Shown: in pieces, positions 1 through 11,190 of the stretch
Layout of the letters: each line of letters starts with the position of its first letter
Position numbering within the stretch: the stretch's first letter is position 1
Source of the DNA: Malacoraja senta
Lineage: Eukaryota
Reading direction: 5' to 3'
NCBI GenBank assembly: GCA_038087875.1
Contig: CM075979.1
Coordinates: 63,612,001-63,676,000, forward strand
Length of the DNA: 64,000 nt
Made by a program: the position numbers and the translations under genes
The notes under the pieces: model-generated
The model's database searches: none
The model's input: only the letters and a program-made list of their open reading frames with translations
What the model was told of the DNA's origin: nothing

Positions 1-378
1 TCTCCCCCACACATCTCTCCCCCTCCCATCACCCTCTCCCCTACCCCATCCCTCTCTCCCCTCCCCATCCCTCTCTCCTCCTCCCACCCCGTCCCTCTCT
101 CCCCCACCCCTTCCCTTTCCCTCCCCTCCCCACCCCCTTCCCTCTCTCCCCCATCCCCCTCCCCCCACCCCCCTTCCCTCCCCCACCCCCTTCCCTCTCT
201 CCCCCACCCCCTTCACCCTCCCCACTCTATCCCCTCCATCCACACTCTTCCCCCTCTACCCCCTACCCCTCTCTCTGCTCTCTCTCTTTGATCTTTATCT
301 TTTTCTCTGCCCTCTCTCTCTCTCTCTTCCACTCTGTCTATGCACACTCTCTCTGCCCCCCCTCTTGACGCACCTGAG
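1..378. repeat. C/T-rich low-complexity (polypyrimidine) tract abutting assembly gap
   Basis: Runs of CCCCT/CTCTC units read directly; ends at the N gap. Confidence 0.9.
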
Positions 379-578
379 NNNNNNNNNNNNNNNNNNNNNN
401 NNNNNNNNNNNNNNNNNNNNNNNNNNNNNNNNNNNNNNNNNNNNNNNNNNNNNNNNNNNNNNNNNNNNNNNNNNNNNNNNNNNNNNNNNNNNNNNNNNNN
501 NNNNNNNNNNNNNNNNNNNNNNNNNNNNNNNNNNNNNNNNNNNNNNNNNNNNNNNNNNNNNNNNNNNNNNNNNNNNNN
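379..578. other. Assembly gap (200 N)
   Basis: 200 consecutive n. Confidence 1.
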
Positions 579-2446
579 ATGGTTGTGCATTTTTCTTTAC
601 ATAATCACAGCTGTTGCTTTATACCACTAGGTACCATGTGATGGAATTGATACTGAGACTTGTAAGAAAAATGCATGTCCTTCAGGAAGAAGTCTTTGCA
701 CCCGTTGAAACACGCAGATAGACTTTGTCATACTATTTGTAATCTCATGCATTTGGTCAGATGGGCCTGACAATGTTTTCACTGCATCATCTTGTGCTCC
801 GCATTAGTGTTGGCATGAAAACATCCCAATCATGGGATGGTGTCCAAGTCCTCTGGGTAGCACAATCAAATGTACCCTCCCCTATTGAGCCCTGCATCAC
901 CTTCCCTATACCTGTTGCCAAGTTGCTGCTGGATATGCCTGTAATATGCATCCCAATGACCTAAATCTGGTTATAGCTCATTTGGATCGCCTCCCCTCAG
1001 AAGAGGGGGATGGGTAGCCAGTCCAAAACTGTAAAAACACAAGATGCAAGGTTTTGCATCAAGACCTGAAAATTACTCTGGAAAACTGTGTTTTTAGCCA
1101 TCTCTTATGTGATGCCGTGTTTGACTCCTCCTGATGGCTTCGTCTTTCTAACTAGGCTAGTTGGGTAGTAGGGTTGAGGTGTACTTTGAGGATGGGGAAA
1201 GAGATAAAGAAGTAAGCTTCTGGATAATGAAAACTTTTTGAGTGGAATAGATTATTTTTTTTAATCCAGTTTGGAAATGACAACAGTTTTCATTTTAATA
1301 TTGAGCTGAGGTCCTGCTTCATATCAAAAGAGTGTAAAGAAAGACCCCGATCAATTTGTCAGTAAGTTGAAAACATAAGCAGATTCAATGCAGATATTTG
1401 TTCTCCAAAAGTGTTTATAGTCACTCCTGGTGTGCCCCTAAAATATGTGCGTCAGTATTAAAATCTGCCCTAATTTGCTGTACTTTTCTTGTGGAACAAA
1501 TTAATTTGGCCTTTGGAGTGCAAAACCACTTTACTGACAGCAAAAAGACAAAACAAATTATGACCTCTGCTTTTCAGTTTGAAAATAAAATGGTTCTTGT
1601 TACCTGTGTAATATTATGATAGATAGACGATGTAGAACTAGTCATCCTTGTCCATCAATCAATATAGGAGTTTCCTCTGCAGCTGCCATGTTGGATGTTT
1701 TGAGATGGAGTCTTCAATTTTAAGGTTGCAAAGGTGAAATGCAAAGTAAATTAAAAATTTTGTCAACAATATAAATATATGGGTATGGGCAAGGTGTTGC
1801 TAATTCAATGCATTGGTTGTGCTTTTGGTGTTTTCAGTTAACATTTAGTGGCACTAATGAAAGCATATTTTCATTTGCTGAGGCATACCTGTTACATCAC
1901 AGGAAATTATTGCAAGCTTACAAAAAGAATTGTAAAGAAACTTAATTGAAAGAAGTAATGTGTTTTCATGTAGAAAGTTTGGAAGATTTCTGTATATTTT
2001 GTAAATATCATGGGTAACTGTTTCCAATAAGTTTTTTAAAAATTGCAAAGTAGGTAATCACCAATGTGTTCATTTGGTTTAGCTTTCTTCTGATCCCCAA
2101 TCATCTTTAATATTTTAAAGCTCAGTGGTAAAGTTTTGAAATAATGGTGTGCAGTCAGGCTTTCTTGGACATATGGTAGTTTAAGTAGTAATAATCAACT
2201 AGTATATGTTATCTTTGAAAATGTAACCAGCAATTACTTAATTACTTTATGAACTAATTGCATAGATTTTAAAAGAAAATTTAATTTTACCCAACCTCTG
2301 CCCCCCCCCCCCCCTCAACTCGCCCCCAGTTTAAAATTCATGGGTGCAATGTATTTGTGCTGTTTAACATATGAATTAATTTGTGTCAAGGTGATAATAT
2401 TGAACTTGTGAAAGTTACTGTTTCTATTTTGCTCTCTTTCTCTTAG

Positions 2447-2665
2447 ATTATATTCGGCAAAGCTATGGACTTAATACAGAGTTTGTCAAAGTTAGTATCT
2501 ACAATAAATTGGTGCTTTCTCTTATGTCTGGACTCCCTAATGAAGTTGATTTTGCAATTAATGTTTGCACTCTTCTCTCAAATGAGAGTAAGCACATTAT
2601 GCAACTTGAAAAGGACCCCAGAATCACCACCATACTACTTGCAAATGCTGGAGTTTTTGATGATA
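2447..2665 (+). CDS. ARID2: ARID2 coding exon (human exon 5 equivalent)
   Basis: ttag| ... GATA|gtaagt, 219 bp; (D)YIRQSYGL...[55 protein letters not shown] matches ARID2. Confidence 0.97.
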
Positions 2666-2919
2666 GTAAGTTAATTTATTTAATATTGAAATACCATACT
2701 GATATTTGATGCTGCTTTTTTTTTTGTTCAAATTCAAATATGGCACTGTAAAACATAAGGTAATGTTTGTGAAATGTTCATAATCTACATTATTGTATAT
2801 CTTAAAATTTAAAGAGAAATGTGATACATTATGCATGAGATATTCATGCACACTAAGAGTATAAATGTCTTGTTCTGGAATAGTTGATCATTTAGTTTTC
2901 TTTGATCGGCAACTTTTCC

Positions 2920-2939
2920 TATTATTATTATTATTATTA

Positions 2940-2970
<31 letters not shown>
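2920..2970. repeat. (ATT)n microsatellite
   Basis: ~17 ATT units with one extra T. Confidence 0.95.
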
Positions 2971-3312
2971 AACAATTAGGACAAACATTCAAAACTACCC
3001 AATTAAAGTAATATTTAATGCTAATTTGTATCTGTGGAACAATACTGAATAGGAGCAGACCAGCACTTGGTATGTCATCTTCCATGCCTTGGTGATTTAA
3101 CTGCTTATCTATATACTTGGGGCAGTTTATCCTGTATTCCAATCTGCCTTTGGATAATTTTTTTCCTCTAAACTACTTACCCCCATCCCTTTGCCACCAG
3201 ATTTAGATTTCTCTACGATGGGGAAATGTTTCCTATGGTCCACTTTATCTATGCCCCATTTCAAGTTTCTGTCTCTGCCTCCTTGGTAGCCAAACAAACT
3301 CAGTCTATCAAT

Positions 3313-3597
3313 TTTAGTTTAGATACCATGTAAAAATACGACCTTTGGCCAACCCAGTCCACACCGATCAGCTATCCCCATACACGAGCACTATCCTACA
3401 CACCAGGGAGAAATTTTCCCGAAGCTAATTAACATACAAATCTATGTTTTTGGAGTGTGGTAGGAAACCGGAGCACCTGAGGAAAACCCACGTGGTCATG
3501 GGGAGAACGCACAAACTCCGTACAGACAGTACCCATAGTAAGGATCGAACCCAGGTCTCCGGCGATGTAAGGCAGCAACTCTGCACCAATGTGCTGC
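3313..3597 (-). mobile_element. HE1-type tRNA-derived V-SINE
   Basis: Reverse complement has B-box GGTTCGATCC, V-domain GGTTTCCTACCACACTCCAAA and (CTAAA) tail. Confidence 0.8.
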
Positions 3598-3639
3598 AAA
3601 TTCTCACCTTGTAACAAACTGTCCATCCCAGTGATTCTT

Positions 3640-3797
3640 CAATGGCTTTTAAGAGGCTATTAGATTGATATATGGCTATGCAGGGACTGGAGGAATATGA
3701 ATCACATGCAGGCAGAGATTAGTTTAACTTGGAATCATGTTCAGCACAGCCATCGTGGGCCAAGAGGCTTGATCCTGTGCTATATTACTGTGCTGTA
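3640..3797 (+). mobile_element. CR1/HER1 LINE 3' end fragment
   Basis: ...gcaggcagagattagttt...gtgggccaagagg...cctgtgct typical CR1 3' UTR. Confidence 0.65.
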
Positions 3798-3870
3798 CAA
3801 AAGATGGTCGCACTTTGCATTTAAAGTTCATACAAATGGCTGGTGAAGTGTAAATTTTCTACTCCAGCTG

Positions 3871-4062
3871 AAGATAGACACAAAATGCTGGAGTAACTCA
3901 GCAGGTCAGACAGCATCTCTGGAGAAAAGGAATAGGTGACGTTTCGGGTCGAGACCATTCTTCAGATCCTTTTTTCCAGAGATGCTGTCTGATCCACTCA
4001 GTTACTCCAGCTTTTTGTGTCTATCTTTGATTTAAACCTGCAACTGCAGTTTCTTCCGACAC
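3871..4062. mobile_element. Penelope-like element terminal-repeat fold-back mini-insertion
   Basis: Inverted copies of gatagacacaaaatgctggagtaactcag...; 16-bp TSD (1 mismatch) at 3855-3870 and 4063-4078. Confidence 0.8.
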
Positions 4063-4360
4063 TTTTCTCCTCCAGCTGTTGGATTCTTTCTCCTTTCCCT
4101 ATTTTAGTGATTAATGCATTCAGTTTTATGTGGATGTTGATATCAAGGCAGCAAACCTACATGGTTACTAACTTTAATATTTCCGGATGAATTGTGCTAG
4201 AATTCACTGTTTCCTAAAGGAATTGTTGGTTCTTTTTTTGGGAATTGTCTATTTTGTTCCTATCTTCAGCAATGTTTTGATGTGTAACGTGAATTGAATA
4301 TAATGATGATACATGCAAGGGTGGTGTGGTGGTGGAAGGGACATCAGAAGATCCGTCAGG

Positions 4361-5813
4361 GGGGGTGAACCCTCGGAAAGCGCCTGGACCTGATGGTATA
4401 CCCAGTCAAGTTCTCAAAACCTGTGCAGACCAACTGGCTCGAGTTTTTGCGGACATTTTCAACCTCTTCTGAGTTCTGAGGTTCCCAGCTGCTTTAAGAG
4501 GGCATCAATAATATCGGTGCCCAAGAAGAGTAAGGTGCTGTGCCTCAATGACTATCGACCAGTGGCACTAGCGTCTGTGGTGATGAAGTGCTTTGAGAGG
4601 TTTGGTTATGGGGCATATCAACTCCTACCTCGACAAGAACCTCGACAACAGGTCAACAGAGGATGCAATCTTACTGGCTCTCCATTCCCACTTGGACAAT
4701 AAAAAGGCTGTTGTTTATAGACTACAGCTCGGCGCTCAATACCATCATCCCCTCCAAGCTCACGGAACTGGGTCTCTGCACATCCCTCTGCAATTGGATC
4801 CTCGACTTCCTCACTCACAGACCACAGTCGGTTCGAATTAGCAGAAATACTCCATCCTCAGTAACAATCAGTACGGGAGCACCTCAAGGCTGCGTGCTCA
4901 GCCCCCTGCTTTACTCACTCTATATCCATGACTGTAGCCGGACATAGTGCGAACTCCATCATCAAGTTTGCCGATGACACCACTGTTGTTGGACGAATTA
5001 CAGATGGTGATGAGTCAGAGTATAGAAGTGAGATCGACCGATTGACCAAATGGTACCAGCACAACAACCTGGCACTCATCATCAGTAAAACCAAGGAACT
5101 GATTGTGGACTTTGGAAGGGGAAGGATGAGGACCCATAATCCTGTTTATATCAATGGGTCGATGGTGGAGAGGGTAAAAAACTTCAAATTCCTGGGCGGG
5201 CATATTTCCGAAGATCTTTCCTGGACCTAGCACACTGATGCAATTATGAAGAAGGCACAACAGCGCCTCTACTTGCTGAGAAGACTACGGAGATTTGGTA
5301 TGTCAACGAGGATTCTCTTGAACTTCTACAGGTGCACAGTAGAGAGCCTACTGACTGGTTGCATCGTGGGCTGGTTCGGCAACTTGAACTTCCAGGAGTG
5401 GAAAAGACTGCAAAAAGTTGTGAACACTGCCCAGTCCATCACTGGCTCTGACCTCCCCACCATCGAAGGGATCTATCGAAGTCGCTGTCTCAAAAAGGCA
5501 GCCAACATCATCCTGGCCACACACTCATTTCACCATTGCCAATTGGAAGAAGGTACAGGAGCCTGAAAACTGTAACGTCCAGGTTCACGAACAGCTTCTT
5601 CCCTACAGCCATCAGGCTATTAAACACGACAACAAATATGCTCTGAACTACAACAAACTTATTATTATTGCACTTATATTTGTTGATTTATTGAGTATGT
5701 GTGCATGTGTATATATATACACACTGAACTTTTTTTCTTATCCTGTTATGTACTATGTTTACGTATTCTGTTGTGTTGCAGCAAGCAAATATTTCATTGT
5801 CCTCTCTGGGACA
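4361..5813 (+). mobile_element. Rex1/Babar non-LTR retrotransposon, 5'-truncated and frameshifted; 3' tail resumes at 6977-7003
   Basis: [64 protein letters not shown] split across frames. Confidence 0.88.
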
Positions 5814-6976
5814 ACTATATTACTAAAACTTTTTGTTTGTGCCGGCATTGTGTCACTTCTGCTCTGCTTTTTCCTACCTTCTTCCAAATACGACGCCACA
5901 GCCATCCCATTTTCACATATTCCACTCAGATTTTTCCTGTCGAAGCGATAAACATCTTCCCGTCGCATTCCTACCTATATTTCCGAAGTTATTCATGATT
6001 TAAAGTTTTTAAAAAAAAAGCCAAAACCGCTTTTTCAGAGAGCGCCCAGTGATGATGTCACAATGCCTCTCACAGTGCACCAATCACAATGGGCTCTCAA
6101 GCTGCCTGCCACAATGACATCACAATGGGATGTTGCCAACGGTTACAATGGGCTCTCAAGCTGGCTGCCAACTGCCACAATGACCGTTGCCAACAGTAAC
6201 AATTGTCTCAAGCTGGCTGCCTCTCATAGTGCACCAATCACAATCGGCTCTCAAGCAGTCCAGGTCCTGGCACTGCTCTATGAGCTGGGTAGGTCCTGGG
6301 GCAGGGAATGGGAGTGAGGGGAGGAGGAAGAGGGAAACGAGGAGGAGGGAGATGGGGTAGGGTCTATACCCCCCCTCCCTCTCTGCCCCTCCTCTATCCC
6401 CCTCCCCCTCCCTCTCTACTCCTCTCCCTCTCTACCCCCTCCCCCTCCTTCTCTACCCCCTCCATCTCTACCCCCCTTTCCTCTCTGCCGCCCTCCCTCT
6501 CTACCCCCCCTCCCTCTCTAGGGAGTGGTGAGTATTGAGACCTATGGGTGAGTGGTGGAATATTGCGTTCGGGGACCAGCCCTCCCATGTGACGCTGCAT
6601 CTCTTCCCCCCCCGTGTTGGGGAACGGGACCTGGGTAGGTCCTGGGGCAGGGAATGGGAGTGAGGGGAGGAGCATGAGGTAAATGAGGAGGAGGGAGATG
6701 GGGTAGGGTCTCTACCCCCCTCTCCCTCTCTACTCCCTCTCTATCCCCCTCCCTCTACCCTCCCTTTCTACTCCCCTCCCTCTCCCTCTCTACCCCTCCA
6801 CCTCCCCCTCCCTCTCTACCCCCGTTCCCTCTGTGCTGCCCCTCCCTCTCTACCCCTCTCCCTCTCTAGGGAGTGGTGAGTATTGAGACCTATGGATGAG
6901 TGGTGGAATATTGCGTTTGGGGACCAGCCCGCCCATGTGACGCTGTATGCCCCCCCCCCCCCACCACTTGGTCTAG
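5814..6976 (+). mobile_element. Non-autonomous Helitron-type insertion with internal tandem duplication
   Basis: Inserted at A|T with no TSD; 5' (A)CTATATTACTAAAA, 3' CCACTTGGTCTAG; shares subterminal sequence with 58675-59802. Confidence 0.75.
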
Positions 6977-8179
6977 TATGACAATAAAACACTCGACTCT
7001 TGAATGACAAATTTCCTGATGCCATTTTTAAATGAAGACGTAGTTTTCAAATGGTATTTGAATATATTCTTAATATTGCAGAAAGAAACCCATTCATTCA
7101 GGTTCAGTACAAAGGACTTGCTTTGCCCTTTACTGATCCGTATTGGTTTTCTCTATAATCAATCCAAATTCAGTAAGTACTTGTTCACTAGTACCCTTAG
7201 TTATAGATTTCAGAAATCTCCTTGCAGCAGTTAAGATCTATAATTTCTAGTTTTGTTCTCTTTCAGAGTAACATTTGATTTTTCACTCTTTCAATCTAAC
7301 TGAGATTTCCACAAACAACACTCTGGAAAGTTAAAGCCATAACATTTTTATCAGTTCATAAATACCTTGTGTAAAAACTTATTGGGTTCAGGGGACTTAA
7401 TTAGTCTTTAGTGCCAGTTTTTTTAAAATCGCAATTACTGTTTTCCAATTTATGTTAACTTTAGCAATTCTAGTCCTTGATTTAATCCTTGTGTTGGGAA
7501 TGTCGATGTATTTTCCTCTTCATTCTACAGTGACATTTGTCGCGATGGACAGGTCAGTTGGGTGATGGGAAGAGGAATTGAATAGCATGCAATCTGAAGC
7601 TCAGGGTGGCCATTGCATACAGAAACAGTAGTTACTGGTTATCGTGTTCTAGTGGTCTTTGTCTGAGATGATAATTTTGTTTTGCTTTCCATATGCTGTT
7701 TCCTGCATTGTGTTGATATTTCAGAAGTTCTTTTCTCCATAGCATCATAGCCAAAGTTCATTTCTAGATGAAAATTAATTCATCATGTTGCTGCTTCTGT
7801 GCAAAGTGATTCTGATATTTTTGCAACATTACAAATGTAATTTGCAAGCTCTTCATTGGCTGTAAAACTTTGAGTTGTCTCAAAATCATGCATGATAAAT
7901 AATTTCTCTTTAGTTTTGATTATTGTACAGTGAATGGAAAACAACTGGCCAGTATCTGCGTTATCGATTACCTTTCAATTTGGTGCCAATTGTGCGGTTT
8001 AGTTAAAAACCAATGTGAAATTGGCTTTAAGTTTAAAAATATACATTCATTGAAAGAACTTCAAGCTAAATGAATACAGCATGTTGGAATAAAGGAAGAA
8101 ATAATGTTGAATTGTGTTTTCCTTATTACTTTGAGGAGCTAAGGGCAGCCAGGTTGTATGGGATGGGGAATTGATTTGG

Positions 8180-9135
8180 CTTGCATCTGGAATCTCCTGG
8201 GGACAGTGTCTGGTGAAGGGGAGGGTTGGGTTGAATGAACCAGTCACGGAGAATGTGGTCTCTACGGAAAGCAGGAAGGATGGGGAAGGGAATGATGTGA
8301 CTGACTTGTGGGATTGCATTGAAGCTGGTGGAAATGTTGGAGAAAGATTTGGATGCAGAGGCTGGTGGGGTGAAAGGCAGGGGACTAGGTTATTTCTATA
8401 CCCATTCTGTTTGGGGACAGGAGGAGGAGCAATTCACAACTGCAGAGAAGACATCTGAGGTCATTGCAAGAGACATTGTTGGAGGAAGTGTAATATAGGT
8501 AACTGTCTGGGTTTGTCAGGTGGAGACAGATCAATTAAGTGATTAAAGGTATCAGAGATTATTATATTTTTAAAGTGGAGATTGACAGATTTTTGTCGGG
8601 AGTTATGGGGTGAAGGCAGGAGAATGGGGTTGAGAGGAAAAGAAGATCAGCCATGATTGAATGGTGGAATAGACTTGATGGGCAAAATCACATTGTTCTC
8701 CAAGAACTTATGAACTTGTGAGATAGTTCAAGTGAATTTGAGGGCAGGGTGAAAGTTAGTGGTGAAGTTGATGACATTTACAAGTTGTGGTCTGGTGCAG
8801 GAGGCAGTGTCAAATGCAGTTGTCGATATAGTGAAGAAAGAATTGCGGGAGTAGATCGAGTACATTTGGAACAGAGTGTTTTTAATGTAGCCAACAAAGA
8901 GATAAATCACAAAAATGCTGGAGAAACTCAGCGGGTGCAGCAGCATCTATGGAGCAAAGGAAATAGGTAACGTTTCGGGCCGAAGGGTTTCGGCCCGAAA
9001 CGTTACCTATTTCCTTTGCTCCATAGATGCTGCTGCACCCGCTGAGTTTCTCCAGCATTTTTGTGTACCTTCGATTTTCCAGCATCTGCAGTTCCTTCTT
9101 TAACAAAGAGATAAATCATGTGAATGTCCATATCT
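8180..9135 (-). mobile_element. Decayed Penelope-like element fragments containing a CR1 tail and a younger palindromic insert (8910-9101)
   Basis: ASCTRPQLVNVINFTTNFHPALKFT shared with the copy at 56.3 kb; 17-bp TSD flanks the inner insert. Confidence 0.75.
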
Positions 9136-9490
9136 GACACATTTGATTTGAAGAAAGTGTCATGAGAAGTGCACACTCAGTAATATAGCATTTTACTATT
9201 TTACTTTACACACTGATTCGTTTAAATGTTTTGGCAATGTGCACTATTTGTGGAATTTTTCTGCAGCTAGTATTTGTGACAAATTCTTTGAAAGCCTCGA
9301 TACATTTTCATTTAGATGTGTTATTTGACCAGCAAAAATTTCAAATTTGCATTGGTTTTTATTTGCTTTGTTTTAAAAGTAAGTTTACCAATCAAAACAG
9401 TCCTTTTGGATGGCCAACAATGCTTAGCTTTAAACTATGATGATAAACTGTACTTTGTGCTTACATGTCCTAATATTACTATGTTCACAG

Positions 9491-9558
9491 CTTTGGGAAC
9501 CTTGTCTTCTGTATTTGGAACAGAGTGGAAGGAAAAAACAGGCAGAAATTTTATTAAG
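9491..9558 (+). CDS. ARID2: ARID2 exon 6 equivalent
   Basis: acag| ... AAG|gtaaac, 68 bp; (T)LGTLSSVFGTEWKEKTGRNFIK. Confidence 0.95.
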
Positions 9559-9679
9559 GTAAACATGTTTAATAGATTTGTGCAGGAACAATTTTAAATT
9601 ATGTCCAGCTTATAACATGAAATAAATTTTGAATTCAGACCTTCCGCTTGTAAAGCAGCCACATAACGAAGGAACTATT

Positions 9680-10028
9680 TCACCCCCCGGTCATTCCTCC
9701 TTCTCACCTCTCTTGTTGGGCAAAAGATACAAAAGCTTGCAAACATGTACCACCAGATTCATGACTGCTTCTTCCCCTCTATTAACAGACTACTGAATGG
9801 TCCTTCCATAAGGTAGGATGTGCTGTAGTCTTCCAACCTACCTCATTGCAGACCTTCGACCTTTACTTAGTAACTAACACAATAACACTATATTCTGCAC
9901 TTTGGTATTTTTCTCTTTGCACTATCTGTTTTACATGTGTATAACTTAATTGTATGTGTATAACATGATTTAACATATAGCACCCAATCCAAGCTCTTCA
10001 TGCAGTAACTGCGACAATAATAAATCAA
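9680..10028 (+). mobile_element. Rex1/Babar-like 3' fragment
   Basis: gggcaaaagatacaaaagc...accaccagattca...cttcttccc...gacaataataaa, homologous to ends of other copies. Confidence 0.55.
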
Positions 10029-10166
10029 TGCTTGTAAATTGGAAACTATCCAAGTGGTGGAGGGCATTAGAGATTGAAGTGGTCTGTACTGGCACCTTTT
10101 CATGCAGCAAACTATTTTCTGATGTGTTGTGGCAATTTCCTATCTGTGCAGGTTCAGATCCCAGTT

Positions 10167-11190
10167 ATGTGTAGGGAGGAACTGTAGATGCTGGTTTAAA
10201 CCGAAGACAGACACAGAAAGCTGGAGTAACGGTGGGTCAGGCAGCATCTCTGGAGAAAAGGAATAGGTTTTGGTTAGAGATCCTTCTTCAGACTTCATTG
10301 GGATACAGAACTGTATGTCCTCAACAGAGGCCTCGCCTTCGTTCACCTCTGCCCCCACTTCAATGCATTCTGGGTCTGCCATGACGTGGAGCTTTTCTTC
10401 TGTTGCCACGCTACCTTGCCTTTTTCTTTAAGAAGGAATCCTCACCACTCAGTGATGACACCTTCTCTCGTCTCCATCGGTCCCATTCCTCTTAGACTCC
10501 CATGGATGGTCTTTTACCCTCCTTAGACCTTTTCATTTCAAACTGCCAGTGTGATATCAACTGTTCCACTACCCTAACCTACTTTAACCCCTCCTTTTTG
10601 AATGTATAGCCCTCTGGTCAATCTGCAGCAACCACGATATTATCAAACTCGCCAACAAGGAAGGTGCCATGGTAATCTGGCGAGGTGGCCTCTACCGTGC
10701 TGAGGCCAGGCGCCAGCTCTCGGATGCTTCCTCCTGCTTACCCTTGGACCACGATTCCACAGATGAACACCAGGCCATCATCTCGAAGACCATCTCTAAT
10801 TTAATCACTTACGTACAATTATCTGCACTCCACAGCCTCCAACCTTATCGTTCCCCTGCCTGTAAGGCCCGATTTTACCTTCTCCCCAAAATGCATAAAC
10901 ACAATTGCCCTGGCAGACCCATTGTTTCTGCCTCCTGCCCCACTGAAGTCATTTCCACGTACTTCGACTCCATCCTACCCCCCCCCCCCCCCCCCCCCCC
11001 CCGGTCCAATCCCTCCCGACATATGTCCAAGGTCTCACATACCCTTCGTCTCTTTAATGACTTTTGTTTTCCAGGCTCATGTTCCCTTATTCCAGTCGGA
11101 AGAAAGGTCTCGACCCGAAGCTTCACCTTTTCCTTTTCTCCAGAGATGCTGCCTGACCCGCTGAGTTACTCTAGCTTTCTGTGTCTGTCC
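10167..11190 (+). mobile_element. Penelope-like element fragment with RT N-terminal region between inverted terminal repeats
   Basis: ARFYLLPKMHKHNCPGRPIVSA; terminal repeat on - strand at ~10167-10292 and on + at ~11093-11190. Confidence 0.75.

Noticed and set aside
213-630. ORFs spanning the N run
   Set aside because: Artefacts of the assembly gap
6060-6255. CRISPR-like repeat array
   Set aside because: Degenerate minisatellite inside a Helitron-type element; no unique regular spacers, no cas genes, eukaryotic context
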